Positions 26,401 through 40,647 of a DNA stretch of 64,000 nucleotides are shown here, piece after piece. The notes beneath the pieces were generated by a model. That model worked only from the letters and a program-made list of their open reading frames with translations, was not told the DNA's origin and did no database searches. The stretch comes from Kudoa neothunni. Taxonomy: Eukaryota > Animalia > Cnidaria. Location of the stretch: the NCBI GenBank assembly GCA_964304625.1, contig OZ199838.1, positions 5,872,443-5,936,442 of the forward strand. Direction: 5' to 3'. The translations under genes and the position numbers were made by a program. How positions within the stretch are numbered: the first letter of the stretch is position 1; each line of letters begins with the position of its first letter.

Positions 26401-29400
26401 TCTCTAAGCTAGCGAAAAATTCCATCCTCTAATGGGCCTGGGATGAAAAACATCCCCGGTTATTTTTTCTTAAATTTATTCAAAAAATAATTTAAAATTT
26501 ACTTGAGAATTTTTATTAGATTCTATCGATAGAATTTGGAGTATATTTTCATCTATTACAAGACTTAATCCGGTTCAGCTCAATTATCGTGGACTATTCT
26601 CAACGAGAATAATAAGGCCTTGCGTTAAGTAGTGTATAAAACAAGTTATTATCTAACTCATCAATAAGGGAGTTGATATCACCAAAAAATTCATTGAAAG
26701 CGCTCATCTTAATTCACCCACCAGAATGGTCCAACTAGTCCAAGTTTCTTGCTCAAATAATCCCATTTTTCTACATAACCCAAATTGGCGCATAATTAAA
26801 ATAAAATCTCCGAGGAAGTATTCTTCAACGTTATAATTCAAAAACAAACTTTTGTTAGTTATTAAAACCCGACATATCTGACACGATCGATGTTTCTCCG
26901 TCCATCTGATAGGAAAACCTCAATATTATACCGCCGGAAACTTTCGAGCGATCGACGAAGAATACCGCATTGGATTAGATGGCATACTAATTGCAGATTT
27001 TTTTGGAAATTTGTCTATGGAATTTTACAGGAGTTTCTCATTCAATTATTTATATTTTTTCAAGCTAATATAAGCAAGAAAATCCTGTGGCGTTTTTCAC
27101 CTCAAGCCCGTTAGAGGATGGAATTTTTTGGGGACATGATCCACGACCTGAACTTATATTTTAGCCAAATTTTTGGTATGTGGTACGTTTAACAAATATA
27201 GGAGATTAGCGTAAATTTCAATTTTTTACGAGGTAAAATTTTATGCCCAGATTAAATGTGGGTTGGGATGTAATACACCCCAAATCCGTTAGAAGGTTAA
27301 AGTAGGACTAATTTGTTTATAATAAGCGTCCTTCCAAAAAATATAAATAAGCAAGTTTCTTTCTACAATTTCATTGATTTTTTAGTTTGCATAACTTGTG
27401 TGACACCGCATAGCTCTTTTAATTCATGTTTTATTCCTTCAAATTTTCTAAATATTGTTGGTTAAGTTTAATAAGTACTCATGTTTCTAATTTTAAATCT
27501 AACGTAAACAGTCATTAAACTTGAGTATAAAAAATACGGCAACTATATATTTATGGATGAATTATTATTAGTCTGGCTTGTAAAATATCTTAGAGGGGAC
27601 CTAAATCTCCAATCCATCACAAATAGATAAATTCTATAGTAAATTTGATATTGTTCCCCGATGGCCGAGTGAAACACCATGGGCAAGACCCCGCCTGCGG
27701 ACTATATTATCCTCATTGCTGTTCAGCATCCTTCTAGAAAACCTTAGATGGGTCTAAAGCGTTAAAGTTTTTAATGTCAAAGATAATATTTAAATTTATT
27801 TATTACTAACGCGAACTACCACGCTTCGCACAGGCTTGAGAAAGTTTCATCATAGAAAAATAAGGTCAAGTAATAAAGAAATATAAGACTCTATTGATTA
27901 GTCCTGAGGAGAGATTAAGTAAATTTTTTTGATATATCAAACTTTTAACGATTGTGATGAGTATAGTGAAAAGTTGAGATCATTTAGAGAGATAATGAAA
28001 GTAGCAAAACCTCATTAACTCGATGATAGCTTGCGATAATTAACTTTTATTGCTCAAATTAATATCTTTATCCGACACATTTGTGTACACTCTCCTCAAA
28101 ACTGTTGTGTAGCCTCTTAATATAAACAAAGTTGTGTTAAATAATCAGATAAAGTAGGATTTCAATCTATACATTAACTCTTATCGCTTAAAATTAACGC
28201 TAACAATCACTATAATGAAATCTGGGGACCTAGTTTCAGTATGTAAGGAATGAATCCATCTGATTACAACATACGCTTCCAATTCTTCAACAATTTAGCA
28301 AATCAGCATATTTTTACTATATTAAATGTCACCTATAGAACTTTTAAAATGTACTCATCAAGTCAAATATATTATAAGTTCCATAAATAAGGAGTGTATT
28401 TAAGCACGCATCCAAATAGGCACATCTACTTTAAATGTACGGATAGATAAATGATATAAGATTCATCTTAAAACTGTGGATATATAGCTTAAGACTGAAC
28501 CACTAAAAACGTTCAAAACAATTTGCAGAAGTTCAGTGTAGATAAATGTCACCTTGGATTAACCAATATAATCCTATTATTGAAATCATGCAATCCGCTT
28601 AACAAACTTAACATCTAGGACAACACAATTTCCTCCATTATTTTTGAACTTTTGTCTATATAATAACAAATGAGAGAATTTTTAAATTATCTTAAACTAT
28701 TAAAAGTTACATAAATATCTACCCATAAGTAAAACTTTCTTCCGCACATGCGAACTTAGGACACACGCAAACATACATACCAACAGTTCTCCTTTATACA
28801 TATAAAGGATGTCGAATTGTTAAGGCATTAATATAATTATTTATTATGGGGTCGAAGCTTGAATAAATACGCAAAGGATTTAAACATGATAACAACACCT
28901 TAGCATAAAAAATAATATATATAGAAGCGAATTTACAATAATAAATTTAAGTTTTTAATGCTGATCAATATAGCTTTTAAGAAGTGAATTTATATCCGGG
29001 GTCATTTTTGACCCCAAACTCAGTATGGTGGTTAAAAGAGAAGACTATTATATTACATTATTACTTTATATTTGTTAATAATATCCCTGTTTTAAATTTA
29101 AGTTGACCGGCCAATAATATTAATAACAAGAAACAATGTCAACCTAAAAATTGATTAAACTAATTAATCACAACCCATTTATTTGGTTATTTTTAACTTA
29201 CTTTAATTCTAATTGCTTTAAATTTACGAAATATTCCAAAGGTAAACTTAGACTTTTTCTCGCCAAATATTTATAAGATATGTAATTAAAATATAAATTG
29301 CGTAAAGTTTTTTACTTACTACATTATTTCGGCTAGATTTAAATTTTAATTTTAATAATATCTTGACGTTTATCGTAGGTTGAGTAATTAACAACTTAAA

Positions 29401-32400
29401 TTGAAAATACATAGGTACGTACAAACAACTTTATTACCAAAGGATGTGGTGATCTTGATTGATGGGTAAAACTGTGTTAAGGATTTTTTAAATCTTTAAT
29501 AATTTGTATTTAAAATAGATCGGGAAGTATGCGTGGAATTAAATTTTTCAAAACCATCCTTACAGCTACACTTATTCTAAACACACTGACTGATGATGAT
29601 ACATTCAATATATTTGTTGTAAAAATTGAACCAGTTTCATGGATAATACTATGGAACTAGTTCAGTGGAATGTATCGTGGAAGCCAATTCCAAGAATCAC
29701 TTTTGATGATCGATGGACCAATTCAGGCCAACAAACAAAATATTAATGTATACAAAAAATTCAAATTTTTAATCCAATAATTCTTCATATAGTCAGCAAA
29801 AGATGCTCTGAAACAACTAACAACTCAATATTCACCATATGGCTGGTCAAATATGTCCCTATCGTTGATTAAATCTTTCGAATATTTCGACGTAATTATA
29901 ATAATATCCAACAAATAACAAAATGATATATTGATAGAATCTGACTGTCAAAGGATGTGAAAAGATAATTTTTCTGCTTTCGGACGGATATGAAAATGGA
30001 AACGAACTCATAGATTCAATAAATACATTCGATCCAGACATAACAGTACTCGTTCATTCAACACAATGCACTGTTAGATTAGTTACTGATACAATATTTG
30101 ACAGACGTCTATCTACACATACAATGTTGGAGATAGTCAAAATAGATTCACCAAAAATATGAAGAAAATAAGTCAGCTTACCTCAAGTATTTTTCAATTG
30201 TTGTCATCATCCGTGAGATAAAAATTGGTAGGTTGTCATTATGATGTTTTTGAAATAACCACTATTTTTGACGTGGTTCCAGTAAAACTTTCATATCTTT
30301 GGCCAAATTTTAAAGCTAGTTATAGACATATTTTGACGTATTATCTTATCCATTATCTATTGCAAACAACACCAAACTTCATATCTCTTCTATTTTTACC
30401 GACTACACAGTAATTTATTCTTAATATATTCAGATAATTTAAATATCTGAACTAAGCTCAAAGTCCCTCTTATCACAACCACCGTTCCAATCTATAGAAG
30501 AGTGGACCTAAATGTGGTAACTGACAACTGATTACTAAAACAATTGAATGTGCATTACGGTTGGGTTGATTATTAGCAAAACTCCAAACTTCTCGGTATT
30601 GCTGGTCAAGATATACCACTTATCAAATTCTACTATGTGAGGCCACAAGAAATGGTACTTTAAAATTTAAAATATAACCTAATAAATCTTAGTTAACTCC
30701 TGGCTCATATTTTATTGTTTGTTCACATTTGAATTTTGTGCTGTTGCATCCGAGAGCCAAAAATGTGGTACTAATTTGCTATTCAATTGTGCTATTTATT
30801 CGTGTGATAAAGTTGTTCTCTGGAATAGCTACATTACCGGAAATTAATATAGCTCAAATGGAACAAACGACCGATGCCTCTAAGAACGAAGAACTAGTAT
30901 ACGTTCAGTGTGGGATTTATGTTACAACAAATTAGGTCACAAAACTTTCCGACCATAGCAACTATACCATAAGTCCAATAGAAATTATTTATTTTCGAAA
31001 TGATGTAATTTTTTATCAAATTTATAATAATCTGTAAAGTTGAATTTGCTTAATATTAAGTTTTATAAAATGTTAGTCATCAATATAAACTTTCACATCA
31101 TATAATTTCACGTTTTATGTTTTTCATAATCTCATTTAGAACCGAATAACGATAAGAAATGTCTCCATAACCAAAAAGAATATTCCAATTTATGAATACA
31201 AGTAGGTATATACTTGAGATTTTCTTATATTTAATGCGATAAGGGTGATACTGATAACACCTACCGACGACTACAGCTTTGAGAGTACATCGCGAACCAA
31301 TAAAATCCCAAAACCAAGGCCAAGAATCAACTATTCAAAAATTCAATTGGAAAATCGGTAAACGCTCTTCTTTAATACTAATTTTCATCAATATGTAATT
31401 ACAGGAAATACTGCCATCGGTTGGTTCGATTTATCAACCCTGTGAAAGGTTACTATTACCCTTCATCATCCAAACTTTTCGCTTATTTAAATAAAAACGG
31501 CGGAAAAAATTGTACTTTGCCTTCTTGTGATATGACTCAATTGGCTGATAAAAACTTATAGGCAATATTTCGCTTGTAACTGCCCTCATAAAACATTTGA
31601 ATCTCATCACCAAATATCGTTACCCGAGAAGGTATCGTCTAAATAGAAAGTGAGTTTATGTGCAATTAATATTAAAGTTAATTTTATTTTTAAAATACAG
31701 TAAGATTATACCAATCGAAGGAAATTTCGTAGGAACCTACACCGGGTTTTTGTATTACAATTACAAAAAGCAACTATTTACTTGTTTCACCACAATTAAT
31801 ATCTATTAGCATCCCAAAAATTGCAAATATTACTCGATGGCTTACATTTGATACATTTTCACTTTATAACCCCAAAATATCTCATCGAATTTATAATAAA
31901 ATGCCTTATGATACACCCATAAAGCTGGGTCCAAAATTGTCTGGTGATCCCACCATCCAACTAATAACTATATCAAAAGGAATTTATTTGGACTATATTA
32001 ATAAGCAATCGCTGCCTAGAAAAAAATTACTTTCTAGTAATCTCAAATAATTATTATTACTGTTAATATCACAATTAGTTGTTGGTTCTACAGTGAGACA
32101 GCAAAACTTTAAACAGATTCTTGAAAAAAATATCAAGAATAAAATGGTATATGTTTAATAGATATGTGGTTAGATTAACTAATCGCTTATTTGATAGAAA
32201 AGTCTTTGCGGAAACGTATATTTTAAACGAGCTGCTCTTAAAACTTAATATTTTAAAAGAAAAAAGTGTGTTTGTTAATCGATGAAAACGGCCAAATAGT
32301 TTATTCAAGCGCTCTGGAATTTAAAGTAAAGGTTGATGTTGTAATCTACTAGCATATATACAATCACTTAGGACCCACTATCTATCATTTATCCTTTTTT

Positions 32401-33478
32401 GATGCAAACTCTAATTGAAAATAATGTTTGTAAAAGGTAGCTGCGTTAAGGAAGCTTGACAACTGAGACAGATTTCATGTTTAGATATCAGCTAAACAGT
32501 CCCAATGGAATATGTGAAAGATGTTTGACCAAAAATTTTACATTAGAAAAAAAAGTCAAGGTATCTTGTCTCCAACTGAATCTCTTAATCGTGTATAATT
32601 TCCTATCGATACGAACTACACTAAACTTAGGGATTTCGTGTGGCTAAATTTATTGACTTTACTTTGGTTATCAAACTCTTATTCAAGTAAAATTCATACG
32701 ATTCTTTTTGCGATAAAATCAGTCAAGATTATTTATATACATTTCCAATAATTTTATGATGTTTCCCAAAGGTTTAATACTTAGTCATATTCATTCAATT
32801 TGTTACTATTTTTAGTTTCTGGTTACCCTTGTGTCAAACCTGTGTTTGGATATATTTGCTCAGTGCAACTTAACAATACAATTATGAATTCCATCAAAAG
32901 TAGCTATCCTTATATTATTTCTTATTTTTTTAAATAAATTAACTATAATTTATTATCTCCAATATTAACATACAGCTATATTTTGAGATATCCCTCATCA
33001 TAATGTTCTTCAAGATGATAACATTTAGTTTAATGTAATTATCTCGCGATATAATTTTTATTTTCAAGTATCAAAAAATTAAGTTATGATATACTGCAAA
33101 TTTTTGATACAATTAAATTAATAATTTGAAGCAAATTTCATATTTTAGGGATTTCTTGTAAAGTGAATGGAACAGACGACTCCAATATTAAAATTGTCCC
33201 TGTCAAGGATACCAATCTGCTATTTATCGTATTTCCATTGAGCTGCAATCGACCTACTTCATCCAGTTTATGTATTACTTAATTTATTAAATTTAGTCCA
33301 TTAAGTTTGAATTAGTGTTTAACACCACCTCAAAATGCGATATTTTGGAAAGTAATACTACAAGAGAGAATGTAGTTTGTCCAAGCTACAAGGTAAACTG
33401 TTTAGTCGCCTACATGTTTCTATCAATAATTAGAGAAAATTACTCCAACCATGTGATGAAATAAATAATAATGAATAA
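23440..33478 (+). CDS. CACNA2D: Voltage-gated calcium channel alpha2/delta subunit family protein (signal peptide, VWA_N, VWA with MIDAS, Cache domains)
   Basis: Signal peptide MGRGFVALKVILIFFIYVNTIVSG; RWMEKLNPVFIEN..YWQYVATSNG..YPG; YEPRFRP|WYVQTTLLPKDVVILIDG|SGSMRG; LNTLTDDDTFNI; LLSDG; LLGIAGQDIP; VLLHP; CLLIDENG; VPVKDTNLLFIV. About 30 short introns plus one 5045-nt intron (24370-29414). Subfamily (CACNA2D vs CACHD1-like) not resolved; 3' end uncertain. Confidence 0.85.
26425..27296. mobile_element. Degenerate piggyBac-type MITE within the long alpha2delta intron
   Basis: The right end reverse-complements to TTAA-CCTTCTAACGGATTTGGGGTGTATTACATCCC. The left end TCCTCTAATGGGCCTGGGATGAAAAACATCCC resembles it, but its TTAA is degraded. 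Confidence 0.45.
27806..28809 (-). mobile_element. Non-autonomous Helitron, copy 1 (~1.0 kb)
   Basis: On the minus strand it begins A|TCCTTTATATGTATAAAGGAGAACTGTTGGTATG and ends with a degenerate hairpin (GCCTGTGCGAAGCGTGGT) then TTAG|T. It aligns by eye along its length with 56434-57426 in inverted orientation. Confidence 0.85.
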
Positions 33479-36299
33479 ATAAATTTACGAAATTTCATTA
33501 TATATATTCGTACATTATTTTTTTATAAGAATACACTACGTAACCGATAGTAAGTAGTTCACTCGAACATCAAAACTCGTGTATTACTGGTTAGTTACGT
33601 GATCTGCTACACTGGTAATTTCTCAGTTGAATTAAAAAAAATAATATTTCGTTTGCATATTTATAATCATAAAAATATTATAAAACATAATACTTAATAT
33701 AAACGATGAATGCAACGTATTAATGGAACTGTGGAATTGCAGCACCCCCTGGTCATCTCGGTATTTATATAATCCTTTCCCCTACGTGTGCATCCGCTAA
33801 CATATAAGACTAAATAATTTTCCCTTAATAGATTGAAGTTTTTAAAATAACTTTTGAAATATTCGTCGATTTAAAATTATTTTATATCATTCGAATTATA
33901 AAAATCGATTTTCGTCTATTATAATAAGTCTTATAGGATTACAGTAATTGATTCTTAAAAAAATAGACAAAAAATGTTTCTTATCATAAATCCTTGAGTC
34001 ATTAGAAATTTTAACTTCAATGATTCATAAAAGTATTGAAATTTGTCTATGCTCTAACAAGGGAAAAGCCTTTATATTTCTAAATACCACCTTTCGTAAT
34101 TGCTATACTTTTTAAAAATATGGTACGATATTTTCTTTATGTTTGAGGATGGATTATAGATAACTATTTTATGAAAACATGTAAAATTTTAAAAATAATC
34201 TTTATATACTTCAGTTTAATTAGTGTATACCCCTTTTTAGAACAGAGGAAGATAATTATGATTGTTTTATTAGGTAAATACATCTATACTCTGGATTTGA
34301 GAATTCTATATTCATTTGACTTATTTCAAGTATACTCCACCTTTAAAATGTGTTAATAATCCACAAAATATCGATGTGCAAAGCTAGATCATTATTGTTA
34401 CTGTATTGATATAATTAGAAATAATGGGTTTTTTCTATTTAATTATTTTTGTAAACATTTAAATTTCATGAGTATCATGGCTAATGTTAATAAACATTCT
34501 CTTCTCCTTGAAAAAGCACAAAAATACTTGAACGGAATTGTTGCGTTACATAGTTCCTCTGAAAGGGCGCTTCGTCGCTATGTGCATGTGTATACAATAG
34601 AACCACGTATATGCGATCTCCGGGATGGAAACACTGTGCGATTCGCAGTGCAGACTGATTTAACTTGTGTTTTAATCAATAGCACGTAAGTGTATATCCC
34701 AGTTTTAGTGCCATTCTTAAAATTCTAATTCGTTTAAAAGTAATGGATTTTTTCCTCACCAGAAATTTATTCAATTTTGAACAACGATTACAAAATTGTT
34801 CTAATTCATTGCGGCATCACCACTTCTTTAAATTACGAGCCGCTACGGGCAATAACTATGATTGCGTGTACACATTGTAAGGAAATTCATTTTATGGTTT
34901 AACTTCTTTTAATTGCATATAAAAAAAATAAAATTTCGGTATCCACAGACAAAAATTTTAATTTTAGGAGCTAAAATTCGTTAGGGAAGATTAGGGAAAT
35001 TTGGAAATCTCTCTCTGTACCATTAAGATCAACAGAGCCATTCGTTACAGTGTGTAAGTCAAATTTATATTTCAGATCTTCAAAGAAAAAGATCTCCTTC
35101 AAATTTTTATAGGTTTTTTCCATCGCTTTGTAAAATAATTTTCAAATGTTTGTTTATTATAACCTCTTCGTCATAAGATTATCATGTAATACGTCACTTT
35201 TAAAAATGGAGGCGAGTTTTCATCTTCATGGAGTATTTCATTGATTTCATAAGTTAAGGCATCGTTACATTTATCTTTTAATTTTTGGATTAATAGCCCT
35301 TGTTGTTGTGCCTTCGTCAATGATATCACATTCTTAGTTACTTATAATAGTTTCAACAAGTATTTAAGATGCAGATAATAATTTAGGACAAATTATTTTC
35401 CTCAAAAACATTTGACCTTTTGAAGGAACTAATTATTGCTTTTTTATAGATCATCCTGAGCCCTTTTAAGGATTTTAAAAAATAGAGTTTTCATGATTTT
35501 TTAATAATGATCCATCATCACTCAATAAGCTATGAAGATGATGAATTCTTCTATAGTTGCTTTTGAGTGTGTAATTAATTCCCAGATCACAAAATTGCAT
35601 TTCTCACGTTGTATTTCATAACGTTTCTAATTGATTTAAGTGAATTATAGTAATTGTTGGTTTTAATTTTTTCATAAACAACTCGTTTTACTCTAGTCAT
35701 GGCGAATTTTATTGCGCACTATCAAATCAAAGGCGCCAATTCGATTTTGAATTTATTACGAAATGTCGAAAAATTCGTGCTTTGTTTTTTAAATTAATTA
35801 ATTTTATATCATAAAAATTATTACATCTGGTTAAAGTTTCAAATTAGCTCAAGATAAAAAAATTCTATCGGTAAAATCGCACAATATTGACCAAAAACAT
35901 GTCTGACTAAGTTTTCCGATATTGTACGAACAATGTTAAGGGTTATATATTCTTGTTAAATAAATTTTTGCGAAATATTATTTAAAAAGAACTTTCAAAA
36001 ATATTTAAAATAATGTGTTATAAATTATCTCATACATAATTAAATAGATTAAAACTTTACGGCATAGTAAAATAGTTATCAACAAAATGGACTAAAAAGG
36101 TCTCCAACATTCAACTTAAACGCGTTTATCAATGTAAAGTTAAAATTTGCTTTCAGTGACCTCCCCTATTATTATCTATGAGTTTGAAGGAACGGTAATA
36201 TCATTATTTATATCAGATATACAATAAAATCGATGCTCTTCCTCTCATTAACAATTTATTATCTACGTCAACAAATAAATCTCACTTCACAAAAACATG

Positions 36300-37498
36300 T
36301 AATGTATAACGTAATCCAACCATTTATTTTTTCCTAATAAATAGTTAAAGCAAGCACGTTTGGAATGTTCTAGCAGCAATATTTCTTACATATAATACTT
36401 ATATGCATTGTCTTACGATCGCCGTTTCTTGGACTTACAGCACATTGTTTACGGGATTAGTTGAACAATACTGGTATTATTTGGATTTTCTGCTCTTAAT
36501 TTAGTTACAAATTTGGCGTCAAGGAACTGCTTAAGGAATGGAATGTGCTAGCGAGATTCTCTAAAAATTAGGCTCTTTTTATTTTTCCATCATTGAATGA
36601 CTTTGTATAGACAAAACGCGTTTAAGAGATTTATGTCGATATTATAAAAAATAACTGCTGGCCCGCGTATGAAATATCTTTTTAAGCTTGTGGGGAGGTG
36701 AAAATCTGATCAATTGTATCAATAGCTCATTTAAGTTTGTTATAATAATTGATGCTACCTGGCTTCTTTTCTTCATCATTCAGTATATTTGTATAAGCTG
36801 TTGAATTGGCTAAAATTAACAAATCCTTATTACTTTAATGATTTAAGAGGACAGAATTTTCGTATCATTAAATAGAAAAAGTGTGCTAAATGACTCCTTT
36901 GTTTTATTTTTTTTCATTATACGAGGAACATTCCTCTTATTAGCCCCAAGTGTTTTAACCGTAGTAAAAGCCATTTTTAATAGCTTAAAGCTCTTTACAG
37001 CAATGATTATAATAGTGAAAGTCAAACATGTTGGCATTACATGCAAAATTTCTGTAAAAATTACCATACAAAAATATGTAAAAAAATCCGTTATATGAAA
37101 GATTCTCTGATCTGAAACATTCTAAAGACCTTCCTTAAAAAGTTCTCTTAGTATTTTTGAGGTTTTTAAAGCTTCTATAGCCCAGGTAAGGTTATTGGCA
37201 TTATATTCGGATAAATCAGTGCCAGAATCAATAAAATCAGAGGAATTGATGATTTCACCTAAATCGTAATTATAATCGGCGGAACATATTTCGTTAAAGG
37301 CCTTCATGAAGACAAATTTCCGTAATATGTGTTGTTCGCGTGTAGTCGTAAAAACTCGCCGGAAAGTATATCTCATTTTTCTCTTTATTTCGTCGATAGA
37401 CTTTGCTACTATTCTCAATTCCAGTTTATTATAATTTAATACATAAAATTATAAAATAAAATTATGGGGTTTATTAGACCCCAAGGGCACTCGGAAGG
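36300..37498 (-). pseudogene. Decayed piggyBac (PGBD4-like) transposase relic with one terminus
   Basis: Minus-strand fragments KPGSINYYNKLK*AIDTIDQ and VIFYN.IDINLLNAFCLY resemble the piggyBac region around the third catalytic Asp. The terminus TTAA-CCTTCCGAGTGCCCTTGGGGTCTAATAAACCCC lies at 37465-37502. The left boundary is approximate. Confidence 0.65.
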
Positions 37499-40400
37499 TT
37501 AATAATGTTTAGAGATTAATGTAGTGTATGATTATTTTCAAACATGTTATACATGCCAGTTATTTTGTTATTACATCATTTTAATATTTTATGTAAGGTT
37601 TAACGAATTTGTCAATCCATTCTCACCTTTATATACGTATCTTGCAAATGTTAGAGAATAGACACTTTAATTTATTATGAATCAGTAAAAATTAATTTTA
37701 ATTGATTCATTAAATCGAAAGAAAATAAAATTCAATTATATTGTTATTACCGATTGTTGTTAGTTAGATTCTTCCGAGATACTATCGGATCACGCATATT
37801 TTATTTATCATCAATTTGATCATCGATTTAGTATGTCAGAGATACATGCATCAAAGAAGTCAATTTGTATTTAGTAATTAAGCTCACGGTTTTCTATATA
37901 AAATATTTAAATGTCATCCACATTGTTAACATTATCCATTTATCGTAGTTACATCAATAACATTAAATATAATAAAAATATTTTTTAATTTAATCAGCAA
38001 TTAAAAATATGCTCTAATGAAGAAACTTATTCTGTATTTTTATTATTATCTTTTTTATGCAATAACATAGAGTTAGTTTAATCCTAAAACAATCTAATAG
38101 TAAAAGCGTACATTCATGTGTTATCAATACATAGTTTTATGATTTACGTACAATGACCAACAATTATAGTTTAAAATCAATGAACCTACTCAGATTTAAA
38201 TAACAACGTGTAATCCCCTAATGAAACCAAAGCACTAATAAATTCGTAAATGTGGATAAAATTTATAATCATAAAAATATTTTTGTTTTTCTGTATTGAC
38301 TATTAATTCAACTTTTGCTGTTAAATGAATTAACCCTGAATCACTTTTATTAATATAAAAATAGGAAAATGTCAACATAAACGTTTAATTTCGTTTAACT
38401 CCTTTAACATAAAAATCACCAAATAATGATTATACACTTCGATTTGGAGATATTGTTAAGTTTAATGGTGACTAAAATTAGTACGCAATATCCATTTTCT
38501 AGCATTTATAAAAAAAATTCTTAAATAAATGATTCCAAATGTTTTCTTAATAGCTTAAAAGATTTATAAGATAGAACTGCACTTTATAAAATGATAAAAT
38601 AATGACGCACAACAAAAAGTGCGCAATATCCGCCCTCGCAATAACCGTTGTTGACTTACACAAATGTTCTTATTCGTTCACACATTCTGTTAGGAAAAAT
38701 ATAATTTAAATTTTTAGTCTATTTTTATATTCAACTTATCGGTGAAACAGAGTTTTAACGATATGAACCATCAAAGAGCTAAAATGCTTTTGAATTAGTT
38801 AACTCAATAGTATTATAACTCAAATTAATGCAATACGCGATATTGAAAATAAAATAACGTTCGAGAGGATTAAATATTCCACTAGTTACCTACTGGCGGT
38901 GGTCAATATCTGAGCAGAGACCAAAAAATAAAATCAATAAAAAAATTAAAAACAAACAAGCTTGATGTAAAGCTGTTTCATTTGAATCGATTTCTTCGCC
39001 TTGAGTAAGCAATCGTGTGATGATTGTCAACCAAATAACGAACTGAATCCATACACAAATTCGAATATAACTAAATCAACCGTTAGGTACAATTTGATGA
39101 GTAACGAATCAAATTACTAGGACCAACAACCACAAACAACATCAATAGCACTATCGCTGGATGGGTTCCAAACATACTTTTCCACTATTTAATCCAATGA
39201 ATAATTACCGATTATAATTTGTAATATACATCATTTTTGTTAGATTTTAGAGATTTTTTGCTATCATTTTTTTGATGGAAACTCTTATTTTGAGATTTTA
39301 TTCGTTGGGAGGCTGACATAGTCTTAGATGCGCAGAAATTAATGAGTCAGCAGTTACAGTTCGGTTCCTGACTCATTCAATGGGTATTCTAAAACAGCCT
39401 TAAACCCCCATGACACTAGTTCAACTAGGAGTATATTGGAAATTATTTTTTAGAATAGTCTTATTAATAATTAGTTAATTTGGAACTAACAAAATTATAA
39501 ATATATTTGACAGGTAGATATTGCGTCGAAAATATTACCCAGACTCGTTAAATCTAAAAAATACTTTTTCACTGTGTATAACTTTAAATATTAAATTGAT
39601 GAATTGTTGTAAATGCAGGAAATTAAGTTCGCAGACTAATCAATTTTATTAAACAAGTTATTTCATGTTTGAACAATATAACCAGACACAAGTATTATCT
39701 ATATATTAGCCACTTAAGTATCCAATCAAATGGTATCGCGCTGCATCTGGTTTACCCATATGTTTCTAATATTTATTTCGCGTTCCTAATGTTCACTTAA
39801 TCACCTAACACATCTATATTCCACCGCATTCTGATTAATACAATTGTTGAAATCAGAAAATCCCACCAAAATCGTTTCAAATTTTTAACATCAGTTACAA
39901 TCCAATATCTTAATTAAACATTTCTTAGATGGTAAAAAATGATGTAAGTAATAGACATTTCGTGTACAACATAATTCGCGCACGCGCGTTATAATAAAAC
40001 TGAGTATTCTCTAAATAATTTATTGTAAGGCATTTGAAAAAAAATTATTCCATTATTTTTTTCTATCGATTAAATAAAAGTAAGCTTAATAAGCCTATCC
40101 ATAACGGAGTAAAAATGTGTTATACCATATGAACATGGCAGTAATATGCTGTTCGAATTACAAATAATATATCACATATATCTTCTTATTTTAAAATACA
40201 TTTTTGACCTCTATAATAATTAAAATTTATGAATAATTTTAAGTTTTTTTACTATAAAATTATCCTCTCATAATTTTCTGCATTGAGGCTTATGTTATCA
40301 GCTTGGAAGTAATTACGTAATTTTCAGTTCTTCGTATCAAAAAATTTCATAATAAAATATTTTTTTACTTGTTATATTCATTGTTAATAAAAAAATTTGA

Positions 40401-40647
40401 TTTTAACGAATAATATTTATCCGAGCTCATCGGGGTATCATTTTCGTACTACACCTGTAGATAACAAAATTCAATAAAACAAACGCAGGTTCTTAAAGAA
40501 TTCGATAGTGTTTAGATTAAAAAAATTTTCCCATTGTGATATCTATATAAAATCCATTAATATATAATTTGAATTTGTTGAGCATCTAGAAGAAAGTAAT
40601 AAGTGGACGGATAGAATTTTCCTATTTTGGGATCTCTAAGTTCAAAT

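Noticed and set aside
27652-27730. tRNA/SINE or ribozyme at GTTCCCCGATGGCCGAGTGAAAC
   Set aside because: A-box-like only. There is no B-box or cloverleaf, and no complete hammerhead core (CTGATGA) with supporting stems.
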